Shown here: piece after piece, positions 16,930 through 25,629 of the stretch
Position numbering within the stretch: position 1 is the first letter of the stretch
How the letters are laid out: every line of letters begins with the position of its first letter
IMG/VR virus record: IMGVR_UViG_2778261168_000005
DNA from: a virus
Lineage: Duplodnaviria > Heunggongvirae > Uroviricota > Caudoviricetes
Length of the DNA stretch: 40,133 bases
Reading direction: 5' to 3' (one strand)
Notes under the pieces: generated by a model
Database searches by the model: none
Told to the model about the DNA's origin: nothing
What the model saw: only the letters and a program-made list of their open reading frames with translations
Position numbers and translations under genes: made by a program

Positions 16930-17157
16930 AGATAAAATATTAAGTAAGTCACAATTTTGTCGATTAATAATTGTTTTATTTAAGTGCGATTTGTTAAAAA
17001 GTTACAGCATGGTGAATCCCCCTCAGCGGCGGGGCATAATGACCGTCAGGTTGGGTTGCATTAGCGATAGTAGCAAGCAGCGGATTCTGTCTGGTCATTG
17101 CAGAATTCACCGGGAGGCACCCGGCACTATGACAATGATGGTAGTAAATGCGTATAC

Positions 17158-17185
17158 AAGCCCCTCATCCTGAGGGGCTTTTTTA
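17158..17185 (+). terminator. intrinsic terminator
   Basis: GCCCCTCA-TCC-TGAGGGGC followed by TTTTTT. Confidence 0.6.
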
Positions 17186-17230
17186 TTATGTGTGGTGAGT
17201 CTGAGGGGGGATGAATCAACTCATATGCTG

Positions 17231-17560
17231 TCATTTATATAATCCATACGGACATATTGTCAGCATACACTGGTTGTTGGGGCATATACTTTTTGTTTTT
17301 ACTGATTTTCCCGGGCAATCTTTGTTGTTTTTGATGAGGTACCAGAATCTCTTGTTAAATGGAGTTACGTTGTAAATTGTTAATGGAATTTGTTTATTAT
17401 TCATGATGATACCGGAATTAATCGGTGTGAAAGTGCTTCCCGGTGGCAGGAATACATCTGACTGATACCAGAGTATCAATTTTATTTTATTCCATACTGT
17501 AGAAAACGTTATTCCACTTGATGAGCATATAACAGTGTCAATCACTATCCATTCCATCAT
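17231..17560 (-). CDS. hypothetical protein in AT-rich island
   Basis: 109-aa ORF, SD GAAGG about 9 nt upstream; local GC clearly lower than flanks (by eye); candidate -10 TATACT upstream. Confidence 0.4.
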   Translation of the reverse strand: MMEWIVIDTVICSSSGITFSTVWNKIKLILWYQSDVFLPPGSTFTPINSGIIMNNKQIPLTIYNVTPFNKRFWYLIKNNKDCPGKSVKTKSICPNNQCMLTICPYGLYK

Positions 17561-17782
17561 TTTCAGCCTTCTGGATGCATATTACCGTTTAAAAAGTATA
17601 GCTCGTCATGGCTGTAACTCATTGAAAAAGATCATTTTATTTATCTTTTGGTGGAATCCCTTTGGTGTGACGCCTTCGGTATGAGACGATAATAAGTCAG
17701 AACGCCTGGCACGAGCCGTAAAGGATATTAGGGGGGGGCTGAACTGACACAGTGCACAGGGAAAGAGCGCACAACCCCAGGA

Positions 17783-18001
17783 GTGCTTGTGGAGAGTTAC
17801 GGTGGAGATTTTGTATTTCCTGGCAGGGTCGGTGATGCATCATTCTGGTGTTGTAAACGCGTTGCAGAGGCGTTCCTCAGGGCGAAGGTGATTAAGAGTT
17901 GGTTTAGTGGGAAATCACAGTATCCATACAGGACGGAATACTTCGTGAGGTGCTCGACGCCCAGGTTTTATAACAATCAAAAAATTCATCTCTTGCATTG
18001 A
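17783..18001 (+). CDS. hypothetical protein
   Basis: 72-aa ORF, no clear SD; followed by a T8 run at about 18016-18023. Confidence 0.3.
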   Translation: MLVESYGGDFVFPGRVGDASFWCCKRVAEAFLRAKVIKSWFSGKSQYPYRTEYFVRCSTPRFYNNQKIHLLH

Positions 18002-18201
18002 CCAACCTTCTTCATGGCGGTTTTTTTTGGGGAATTGATTGAATTGCATACTGAATAATCATTGCATCGTTAAAATTATAACTAATTCCGAATATGCTGT
18101 GCTTGCTTATTGTTAGCTTGCTTACATTTCTGTATTTTGCTGCACCGCAGGTTTCCCCTGTAACGACGATTGTATGATTAATCATTTAAACTTTGTCATT
18201 T

Positions 18202-18232
18202 GCCAGCCAGTCTCTGGTGGCTGGCTTTTTTT
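18202..18232 (+). terminator. intrinsic terminator
   Basis: GCCAGCCA ... TGGCTGGC 8-bp stem followed by TTTTTTT. Confidence 0.55.
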
Positions 18233-18285
18233 GCAAGGTGTTCCAGTAATTCTGTCGTCAGGCTGGATTCCCACAGAACAAAAAA

Positions 18286-18367
18286 CCGTCACTAACTCAT
18301 CGGGTAAGAGTGCATAACACGTATTGTTGTTTTGTGGTGCGGGGTTCGAGTCCACGGTGACGGTCCA
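18286..18367 (+). tRNA. tRNA-like element, probably a degenerate tRNA pseudogene
   Basis: Hand-folded: 7/7 acceptor stem (CCGTCAC / GTGACGG), U8, 4-bp D-stem with A14, G18G19, A21, T-arm CGGGG-TTCGAGT-CCACG, then T and CCA; but 27 nt lie between D- and T-arms (22 expected) and no canonical anticodon loop can be drawn. Terminator follows. Confidence 0.35.
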
Positions 18368-18394
18368 TTTGTAACGGTAAATATACTTTTAACA

Positions 18395-18416
18395 GGCTCG
18401 CTTCGGCGAGCTTTTT
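18395..18416 (+). terminator. intrinsic terminator after the tRNA-like element
   Basis: GCTCGC-TTCG-GCGAGC followed by TTTTT. Confidence 0.6.
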
Positions 18417-18862
18417 GTATGAGTTCAACCCGGTTTATATTGGCGAAAAAAGGGCGCGGCTGTCGGATTAAAGCCGCGGGACAAAGTCCATGAAGAAGAA
18501 TAAGCATCTCTCTCCTCCAGAGAGACGTATTTATATTACTAAGCATTAAAAATGGTTTAAATCCTCAGATTAACCTTAATTTCAGGTAAGTCTAATTTCA
18601 TTTCTTTGCGCCACGTCCGGCGCACATCAAAAACCACAGAGCCTTTCAGGGGTGAGCTTACGGCATGGTCAGTGTGACTTTTTCTTTGGGCTGGCCCCCC
18701 GGGCGGAGGCTCATCCACCAAAAGGAAACGTCACTGATGTCGGTGCTGGCAGATGGTGTGCTGGTGGCAATGGCGCTGGTCGTCCTCCTGCCTTTACTGC
18801 GCAAATCTGAATAGCACCACGCAAAAGGCATCTGCGGGTGCCTTTGACGGGGTGTTTTTTAC

Positions 18863-18884
18863 GGGCCGCTGGTGGCCCTTTTTT
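18863..18884 (+). terminator. intrinsic terminator upstream of the lysis genes
   Basis: GGGCC-GCTGGT-GGCCC followed by TTTTTT; a second hairpin (AAGGCA...TGCCTT) lies at 18825-18844. Confidence 0.5.
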
Positions 18885-18903
18885 ATTTACAGGAGAATAA
18901 AGT

Positions 18904-19296
18904 ATGTCTGAACCCTTATCCGGTTCCGGCACGGCTGTGGCGCTCGGCGGGGCGACGGTATTCGGGCTGTTTACCGGAACGGATTTCGGGATTGTGTTTG
19001 GTGCATTCGCAGGGGCGTTATTTGTGGCAACGATGCCGCAGGCGCTTTCAGCCTGGCGTGTGGCGGCGCATTTTCTGGTGTCGTTCATTATCGGCGTACT
19101 GGGCGCAGAGGTTCTGGCATCCTGGCTGGTAAAGCATACAGAGTTTGACGGTGCACCTGTCGACGCATTGTGTGCAGTACTGGTGTCAGTGGTGTCGGTG
19201 AAGATTCTCTCGTTCATCCACCAGCAGGATATTGCATCGCTGGTGTCCGGCCTGTTCTCCCGCCTGCGGGGTGGAGGAGGCGGCAATGTTAAGTAA
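18904..19296 (+). CDS. putative holin (membrane protein)
   Basis: 130-aa ORF, SD AGGAG; Gly/Ala-rich hydrophobic segments; first gene of the lysis cluster, before the muramidase. Confidence 0.45.
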   Translation: MSEPLSGSGTAVALGGATVFGLFTGTDFGIVFGAFAGALFVATMPQALSAWRVAAHFLVSFIIGVLGAEVLASWLVKHTEFDGAPVDALCAVLVSVVSVKILSFIHQQDIASLVSGLFSRLRGGGGGNVK

Positions 19297-19564
19297 CCTT
19301 CCCGGATTACTGAATGTGGCGTTATGCACGGTTATCGTGCTGACGCTCTTTTTTTATCGTCGCCGTGATTCCAGACATAAACCGCTGATGTCATGGCTGG
19401 CCTGGCTACTGATGCTGCTTTATGCCTTTGCGCCCCTCAGCTATCTGTGTGGTCGCCCGTTAGCGGCGAACTGGCTGGCGGTGGGGCTTAATCTGCTGTT
19501 CTGCGTGTTGGTGATTCGCGCACGCGGGAACGTTTCAAAAATCTTTGTATTACGAAGGCGCTGA
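19286..19564 (+). CDS. membrane protein, possible second holin/antiholin component
   Basis: 92 aa from ATG 19286 (SD GGAGGAGG); several hydrophobic stretches; overlaps previous stop. Confidence 0.4.
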   Translation: MLSNLPGLLNVALCTVIVLTLFFYRRRDSRHKPLMSWLAWLLMLLYAFAPLSYLCGRPLAANWLAVGLNLLFCVLVIRARGNVSKIFVLRRR

Positions 19565-19565
19565 T

Positions 19566-20111
19566 ATGAAGTCGAAAGATGAAATTTTTGACGAAGTTCT
19601 GGGAAAAGAGGGCGGTTACGTCAATCACCCGGATGATAAAGGCGGACCGACAAAATGGGGTATTACTGAAAAAGTTGCCCGTGCGCACGGATACCAGGGC
19701 GATATGCGTGATCTGACGCGCGGACAGGCGCTGGAAATACTCGAGGCGGACTACTGGTATGGACCACGTTTTGACCAGGTGGCAGCGTTATCCCCTGATA
19801 TTGCCGCAGAGTTGTGTGATACGGGCGTGAACATGGGGCCAACCGTGGCGTCAAAAATGCTTCAACGCTGGCTTAACGTTTTCAACCTGCGCGGGAAACT
19901 GTATCCGGATATGGATGCTGATGGACGCATCGGGCCGCGTACTCTTAATGCGCTACGGGCATATATGAAAAATCGTGGCAGGGATGGCGAACTGGTCTTA
20001 CTAACCGCGCTGAACTGTACGCAGGGTGACCGTTATCTGGAGCTGGCAGAGAAACGCGAGGCCAACGAGTCGTTTGTCTATGGCTGGATGAAAGAACGCG
20101 TGGGAGTGTAG
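19566..20111 (+). CDS. endolysin, glycoside hydrolase family 108-like muramidase with peptidoglycan-binding domain
   Basis: 181 aa from ATG 19566 (SD GAAGG); N-terminal EGGYVNHPDDKGGPTKWGIT motif typical of GH108. Confidence 0.7.
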   Translation: MKSKDEIFDEVLGKEGGYVNHPDDKGGPTKWGITEKVARAHGYQGDMRDLTRGQALEILEADYWYGPRFDQVAALSPDIAAELCDTGVNMGPTVASKMLQRWLNVFNLRGKLYPDMDADGRIGPRTLNALRAYMKNRGRDGELVLLTALNCTQGDRYLELAEKREANESFVYGWMKERVGV

Positions 20112-20186
20112 TTGAAATTCCACTTTTCAATGAAGTCGGTAAATCCACTTTGCAGATAGCACGACATTAGACTTACTGAAAAAGCA

Positions 20187-20218
20187 AAACCCCGGCTGGG
20201 GGAACAGTCCGGGGTTTT
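20187..20218 (+). terminator. intrinsic terminator (A-run and T-run flank, possibly bidirectional)
   Basis: AAAACCCCGG ... CCGGGGTTTT. Confidence 0.55.
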
Positions 20219-20287
20219 CTGTTTCTGACCTTGGGTAAGGCAAAGTAGAACATGAGGAAGTATAAACCAATTCTGTTGAGGTTGACT

Positions 20288-20434
20288 ATGAAAAACGGCC
20301 TTGAATTGAAAGCGCCTGTAACTGATGACATCAGCAGAGCGGTGGCTTTTGCCATTAAGTGGGTGGCTGTCGGTATCGCTGTGTCTCCGATTCTGTATGG
20401 GATGGCAAAATTGATCATTGCTGTGAAATCGTAA
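20288..20434 (+). CDS. hypothetical small membrane protein
   Basis: 48 aa from ATG 20288 (SD GAGG 7 nt upstream); C-terminal hydrophobic segment. Confidence 0.35.
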   Translation: MKNGLELKAPVTDDISRAVAFAIKWVAVGIAVSPILYGMAKLIIAVKS

Positions 20435-20451
20435 GTGGTGCGGGGGTAAAT

Positions 20452-20586
20452 ATGTCAGATAGCATCATAAAACTAGCGAGGATTCTCTGTGTGGTTGTTG
20501 GCCTTTCATTTTCAGTGATGCTGGTTGCCATTTTCATTGCTACTGCCTGGAGAGTCTTGAGCTTATCTGGATTGATTGGTGGATAG
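20452..20586 (+). CDS. hypothetical small membrane protein
   Basis: 44 aa MSDSIIKLARILCVVVGLSFSVMLVAIFIATAWRVLSLSGLIGG; SD GGGGG upstream. Confidence 0.4.
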   Translation: MSDSIIKLARILCVVVGLSFSVMLVAIFIATAWRVLSLSGLIGG

Positions 20587-20591
20587 CTGAC

Positions 20592-20774
20592 ATGAGCCGA
20601 AAACACTGGACACACAGAGTGCCGCGAACGGCGGCGAAATGGGCACTGGTAGCGATACTGGTGCCTTTTTTTCTGGTGGGATGCGTCAGCCTGGATAAGG
20701 CGCGTCAGCTTTTCGATACAGCTTCTCAGGTCTGCGAAATTGTTGATAGTGTCCGGCAGTGTATGCAGAACTGA
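20592..20774 (+). CDS. putative lipoprotein (lipobox LVGC), possible o-spanin-like lysis component
   Basis: 60-aa ORF with signal-peptide-like N-terminus ending FFLVGC; mature part carries two more Cys. Confidence 0.45.
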   Translation: MSRKHWTHRVPRTAAKWALVAILVPFFLVGCVSLDKARQLFDTASQVCEIVDSVRQCMQN

Positions 20775-20816
20775 CCGACGGTGAGAGCAGAATATTTTTT
20801 AGAGGAGCGAAATTCT

Positions 20817-21167
20817 ATGCCATCACAAATCCCCCGCGCATGTCGTAAGCGAGGCTGCGCAGGCACAACAACAGACAGCTCTGGCTACTGCGATAAACAT
20901 CGGAGTGAAGGCTGGGTGCAGCACCAGCGCGGACTGAGCCGCCACCAGCGTGGCTATGGCTCAAAATGGACGGTGATTCGTGCCCGTATTCTGAAGCGCG
21001 ATAAAGGTCTGTGTCAGTTGTGTCTGCGTGTCGGTGTGGTGAGTGAGGCGAAAACTGTCGACCACATCATCCCGAAAGCGCATGGCGGAACAGACACAGA
21101 CAGCAACCTGCAGAGTCTGTGCTGGCCCTGCCACAAAGCGAAAACAGCGCGCGAACGAATCAGGTGA
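20817..21167 (+). CDS. HNH endonuclease (terminase-associated)
   Basis: 116 aa from ATG 20817 (SD GAGGAG); VDHIIPKAHGGTDTDSNLQSLCWPCHKAKT motif; directly upstream of terminase small subunit as in HK97-like phages. Confidence 0.75.
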   Translation: MPSQIPRACRKRGCAGTTTDSSGYCDKHRSEGWVQHQRGLSRHQRGYGSKWTVIRARILKRDKGLCQLCLRVGVVSEAKTVDHIIPKAHGGTDTDSNLQSLCWPCHKAKTARERIR

Positions 21168-21183
21168 TAATTATTCTCACTTG

Positions 21184-21236
21184 TGGGGAGGGGCGGGTCA
21201 AATCCCTGCAACCCTGGCTGTCCGGGACCGCCCGCC
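21184..21236. other. GC-rich imperfect inverted repeat, candidate cos/packaging site
   Basis: GGGGAGGGGCGGGTC ... GGGACCGCCCGCC between HNH and terS; GGGCGG core reminiscent of lambda cosN. Speculative. Confidence 0.25.
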
Positions 21237-21313
21237 AACCCTTCCTCGCATCGCCGCAGGTTCGAAAACTTTTTTTGGGAATGCGAACAAACGATTGATA
21301 GGTAAAATCGATT

Positions 21314-21796
21314 ATGTCAGGACCCCCGAAAACCCCGCCACGCCTGCATTTGATTCGAGGCAACCCCTCGAAGCGCCCCGTTAAAGACCACAAAAAAAAC
21401 GCCAAAAAGGATGAAAAAGGGGTACCTAAAACTCCGCGACATTTAGGGGCGCAGGGAAAGTACTGGTTCAGGCGAATGGCGGAAGAGTTGAATGCGGAAG
21501 GGATCATTTCTCAGATTGATGCGCGTGCACTCGAGTTACTGGTGGAAGCCTACACCGAATACCGGCATCACTGCGAAACACTCGATGTTGAGGGTTATAC
21601 CTACCGCACAGAAACGCAGAATGGCGATGTGATGATCAAGGCACATCCGGCTGCGGCGATGAAGGCGGATGCCTGGAAGCGGATCCGGGCGATGCTTGCA
21701 GAGTTTGGTATGTCACCGGCAAGCCGGGCGAAAGTAAATACCGCCGGACCGGATGATGTTGATCCGCTGGCAGAGCTTTTAAAAGCGAGAGACTGA
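21314..21796 (+). CDS. terminase small subunit (P27/HK97-type)
   Basis: 160-aa ORF directly upstream of, and stop-start overlapped with, the large terminase; size and position typical. Confidence 0.75.
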   Translation: MSGPPKTPPRLHLIRGNPSKRPVKDHKKNAKKDEKGVPKTPRHLGAQGKYWFRRMAEELNAEGIISQIDARALELLVEAYTEYRHHCETLDVEGYTYRTETQNGDVMIKAHPAAAMKADAWKRIRAMLAEFGMSPASRAKVNTAGPDDVDPLAELLKARD

Positions 21797-23553
21797 TGGC
21801 AAAAGTGGCTGACGGGATCCGCTACGCCGAACGTGTTGTTGCAGGAGAAATTGTCGCTGGCGAATTTGTCCGTCTGGCCTGCCAGCGTTTTCTTGATGAT
21901 CTGAAGTACGGCGAAGAGCGGGGGATTTATTTCAGTGAACCCCGTGCGCAGCACATCCTGAATTTCTACAAATTTGTGCCTCATGTAAAAGGGGCGCTGG
22001 CAGGTCAGCCCATTGAGCTGATGGACTGGCATGTTTTTATCCTCATTAATATTTTTGGTTTTGTCATTCCGCTGGTGAATGAAGAGACCGGGGAAGTTGT
22101 CATGCGCAGCGATGGCAGCGGACGCCCGGTGATGGTGCGCCGTTTCCGGACAGCGTACAACGAAGTCGCCCGTAAAAACGCAAAATCAACCCTGTCATCG
22201 GGTATCGGTCTGTATATGACGGGGGCAGATGGTGAAGGCGGGGCTGAGGTGTATTCAGCCGCAACCACGCGTGACCAGGCCAGAATCGTGTTTGAAGACG
22301 CCAAAAATATGGTCAGAAAAGCCCGGTCGACACTCGGGCGATTGTTTGATTTCAACAAGCTGGCGATTTACCAGGAGCAAAGTGCATCAAAATTTGAACC
22401 GCTTTCCTCGGATGCAAACAACCTGGACGGTCTGAACATCCACTGCGCCATTATTGATGAGCTGCATGCACATAAAACCCGCGACGTGTGGGACGTTCTG
22501 GAAACGGCAACCGGTGCCCGTCTGCAGTCCCTGTTATTTGGTATCACCACGGCGGGCTTTAACAAGGAAGGGATTTGTTACGAGCAACGCGATTACGCCA
22601 TCAAGGTATTGCGAGGCTATAACAGCGACGTGGATGGCGCGGTAAAAGACGATTCCTACTTTGCGATTATTTACACGCTCGATGAGGGAGATGATCCGTT
22701 TGATGAAACGGTCTGGCAGAAAGCGAATCCGGGCCTGGGCATCTGTAAACGCTGGGATGATCTGCGTCGTCTGGCGAAAAAAGCAAAGGAACAGGTCTCG
22801 GCGCGGGTGAATTTTTTCACCAAACACATGAATGTGTGGGTCACTGCCGATTCTGCCTGGATGGACATGATTAAGTGGGAGAAGTGTGAATACATCGCTC
22901 CACAGCATGAGCTGAAAACGTATCCCATGTGGGTCGGCGTCGACCTTGCTCATAAGATTGATATCTGTGCGGCGGCAAAACTCTGGCGAACGGATAACGG
23001 GCATGTTCATGCCGATTTTAAATTCTGGCTTCCGGAAGGGCGACTGGAACGGTGTTCACGACAGCAGGCAGAACTTTACCGGAAGTGGGCGGAGATGGAT
23101 AAGCTTATCCTGACGGATGGTGATGTTATCGATCATGCTCAGATAAAAAGTGACTTACTGGAATGGATTGGCGGTGAAAACCTGAGGGAACTGGGATTTG
23201 ACCCGTGGAGTGCGATGCAGTTCAGCCTGGCACTGGCTGAAGAAGGGATACCGCTGGTGGAGGTTCCGCAGACGGTCCGCAATCTGTCAGAGGCCATGAA
23301 GGAAACGGAATCACTGGTCTATGCCGGACGTTTCCACCACAGCAATCACCCGGTCATGAACTGGATGATGTCTAACGTTACGGTGAAACCGGACAAAAAC
23401 AACAATATCTTCCCGAATAAATCCACGCTGGAAGCCAAAATCGACGGCCCTGTGGCGATGTTTACAGCAATGAGCCGGATGCTGGTCAATGGCGGTGAAC
23501 CGGAGCCGGATCTGTCTGAGCATCTGGTCAGCGTTGGTATTCGCTCGCTTTAA
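21796..23553 (+). CDS. terminase large subunit
   Basis: 585-aa ORF in the canonical position and size; contains the track's LHAHKTRD segment which I read as terminase-like. Confidence 0.85.
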   Translation: MAKVADGIRYAERVVAGEIVAGEFVRLACQRFLDDLKYGEERGIYFSEPRAQHILNFYKFVPHVKGALAGQPIELMDWHVFILINIFGFVIPLVNEETGEVVMRSDGSGRPVMVRRFRTAYNEVARKNAKSTLSSGIGLYMTGADGEGGAEVYSAATTRDQARIVFEDAKNMVRKARSTLGRLFDFNKLAIYQEQSASKFEPLSSDANNLDGLNIHCAIIDELHAHKTRDVWDVLETATGARLQSLLFGITTAGFNKEGICYEQRDYAIKVLRGYNSDVDGAVKDDSYFAIIYTLDEGDDPFDETVWQKANPGLGICKRWDDLRRLAKKAKEQVSARVNFFTKHMNVWVTADSAWMDMIKWEKCEYIAPQHELKTYPMWVGVDLAHKIDICAAAKLWRTDNGHVHADFKFWLPEGRLERCSRQQAELYRKWAEMDKLILTDGDVIDHAQIKSDLLEWIGGENLRELGFDPWSAMQFSLALAEEGIPLVEVPQTVRNLSEAMKETESLVYAGRFHHSNHPVMNWMMSNVTVKPDKNNNIFPNKSTLEAKIDGPVAMFTAMSRMLVNGGEPEPDLSEHLVSVGIRSL

Positions 23554-23564
23554 CCGAGGTCATT

Positions 23565-23747
23565 ATGTTTCTGATAATTCTCACGCCACTGGTGGGCGTG
23601 CTGGGGGCGCTTTTGCTGTCGTATGGCACATGGCTGATTTATCCCCCGGCAGGTTTTGTTGTTGCCGGGGCGCTGTGTCTGTGCTGGTCGTGGCTGGTTG
23701 CGCGTTATCTCGATCGCGGTCACCGGGTCGCCTCCGGAGGTGAGTAA
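23565..23747 (+). CDS. hypothetical small membrane protein
   Basis: 60-aa hydrophobic ORF between terminase and portal, SD GAGG. Confidence 0.4.
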   Translation: MFLIILTPLVGVLGALLLSYGTWLIYPPAGFVVAGALCLCWSWLVARYLDRGHRVASGGE

Positions 23748-24988
23748 TGTTTTTCCAGGGGCTTTTTCAACGTAAAAATAACACCCCCGTCACAACGCCC
23801 GGGATGCTTGCGGAAGAGCTGGGGTTGTCATACGACACCTATACCGGAAAGCGGATCAGTAGTCAGCGGGCCATGCGGCTGACGGCGGTGTATTCCTGCG
23901 TCAGGGTGCTGGCGGAGTCTGTTGGTATGCTGCCCTGCAGTCTCTACAAAATCACCGGTACCCTTAAAACACGGGCGGTGGATGAACGACTGCATAAGCT
24001 GGTTTCGGCAAAACCCAATGGCTACATGACGCCGCAGGAATTCTGGGAACTGGTCATTGTCTGCCTGTGTCTGCGGGGTAATTTTTATGCCTACAAGGTA
24101 AAGGCGCTGGGGGAAGTGGTGGAGCTTCTTCCGATAGATCCGGGCTGTGTGGAACCGAAGCTGAACAGCCAGTGGCAGCCGGTTTATCAGGTGACGTTTC
24201 CGGATGGTTCCGTGGATGTGCTGACCCAGAATGAAATCTGGCATGTGCGCACCCTGACGCTGGACGGACTTGTCGGGCTGAATCCCATTGCGTATGCGCG
24301 TGAGGCCATTTCACTGGCAGCGGCAACTGAGGAGCACGGTGCCAGGTTGTTTGGTAACGGCGCTGTGACATCCGGCGTGTTGCGTACGGATCAACAACTT
24401 TCTGATCAGGCTTATGCGCGTATCAAAAAGGACTTTGAGGAACGGCATGTCGGGCTGGGAAATTCTCATCGTCCGATGATTCTGGAAATGGGGCTGGACT
24501 GGAAAACGGTGGCACTGAATGCCGAGGACAGCCAGTTCCTGGAAACCCGCAAGTTTCAGCTGGAAGAAATTTGTCGCCTGTTCCGCGTGCCACTGCATAT
24601 GGTGCAGAACACCGATCGCGCCACCTTCAACAATATTGAAGAACTGGGACTTGGCTTCATTAACTATTCCCTTGTGCCGTACCTGACCCGTATTGAACAG
24701 CGGATCAATACAGGGCTGGTCAGGGAGAGTAAACAGGGGAAGTTTTACGCCAAATTTAATGCCGGAGCATTGTTGCGTGGCGACATGAAATCCCGCTTTG
24801 AAGCGTATGCCACGGGGATTAACTGGGGCATTTATTCCCCTAATGACTGCCGTGATCTGGAGGATATGAATCCCCGACCGGGCGGTGATGTGTATCTGAC
24901 ACCGATGAACATGACCACCAGTCCCTCTGCTGGCGATGACAACGGTAAGAAAAAGGAGAGTGGAGATGCAGACAAAACAGCGTCTTGA
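23747..24988 (+). CDS. portal protein (HK97 family)
   Basis: 413-aa ORF after terminase, SD GGAGGTGA; size and position typical. Confidence 0.8.
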   Translation: MFFQGLFQRKNNTPVTTPGMLAEELGLSYDTYTGKRISSQRAMRLTAVYSCVRVLAESVGMLPCSLYKITGTLKTRAVDERLHKLVSAKPNGYMTPQEFWELVIVCLCLRGNFYAYKVKALGEVVELLPIDPGCVEPKLNSQWQPVYQVTFPDGSVDVLTQNEIWHVRTLTLDGLVGLNPIAYAREAISLAAATEEHGARLFGNGAVTSGVLRTDQQLSDQAYARIKKDFEERHVGLGNSHRPMILEMGLDWKTVALNAEDSQFLETRKFQLEEICRLFRVPLHMVQNTDRATFNNIEELGLGFINYSLVPYLTRIEQRINTGLVRESKQGKFYAKFNAGALLRGDMKSRFEAYATGINWGIYSPNDCRDLEDMNPRPGGDVYLTPMNMTTSPSAGDDNGKKKESGDADKTAS

Positions 24989-25616
24989 TATACCGCTGAA
25001 CCTGAAATCCGTCAGTGATTCCGGGGAATTTGAAGGTTACGGTTCTGTTTTTGGTGTTAAGGACAGCCACGATGATGTGGTGGTCCCCGGTGCCTTTACC
25101 ACAACACTCCAGAAATGGAGCGAAAAAAAGGCGCTGCCTGCGTTGCTCTGGCAGCACCGCATGGATGAGCCCATCGGTGTGTACACCGAAATGAAAGAAG
25201 ATGATGTCGGGCTTTATGTCAGGGGGCGATTACTCGTTGATGATGATCCCCTGGCAAAACGTGCACATGCCCATATGAAGGCCGGTTCTTTAACCGGCCT
25301 TTCTATTGGCTACATCCTGAAAGACTGGGAATACGACCGTGAAAAAGGGGTATTCCTGCTGAAAGAGATCGACCTGTGGGAGGTCAGTCTGGTGACGTTT
25401 CCTTCCAATGATGAGGCACGTATCAGTGATGTGAAAAATGCGCTGGCACGTGGGGAGATCCCTGATCAGAAAATTATTGAGCGGGTCCTGCGCGATGTTG
25501 GACTCTCGCGAACCCAGGCCAAAGCATTCATGGCCGGGGGGTATGGCGCTTTATCCCTGCGTGATGCTGAGGATGTGGATGCCGCACTGAATGCACTGAA
25601 AAATCTTAAATTTTAA
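24966..25616 (+). CDS. prohead protease (HK97 family)
   Basis: 216 aa from ATG 24966 (SD AAGGAGAG); between portal and major capsid. Confidence 0.75.
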   Translation: MQTKQRLDIPLNLKSVSDSGEFEGYGSVFGVKDSHDDVVVPGAFTTTLQKWSEKKALPALLWQHRMDEPIGVYTEMKEDDVGLYVRGRLLVDDDPLAKRAHAHMKAGSLTGLSIGYILKDWEYDREKGVFLLKEIDLWEVSLVTFPSNDEARISDVKNALARGEIPDQKIIERVLRDVGLSRTQAKAFMAGGYGALSLRDAEDVDAALNALKNLKF

Positions 25617-25629
25617 CCAGGAGAAAATA

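Noticed and set aside
18286-18367. tRNA-like element as a prophage attachment site
   Set aside because: It lies between the Q-like gene and the lysis genes, not at a prophage end; int is at the window start, so the attachment site is outside the window.
18736-18810. 24-codon ORF with SD upstream of the lysis genes
   Set aside because: Re-reading shows the peptide is not uniformly hydrophobic (MSVLADGVLVAMALVRPPAFTAQI); too weak to call.
18711-19286. 191-aa Pro/Ala-rich minus-strand ORF
   Set aside because: Antisense to the putative holin gene in a GC-rich region; biased composition, no RBS.
22005-23523. Minus-strand ORFs (65-158 aa) within the large terminase gene
   Set aside because: Antisense to a confidently assigned gene; no RBS.
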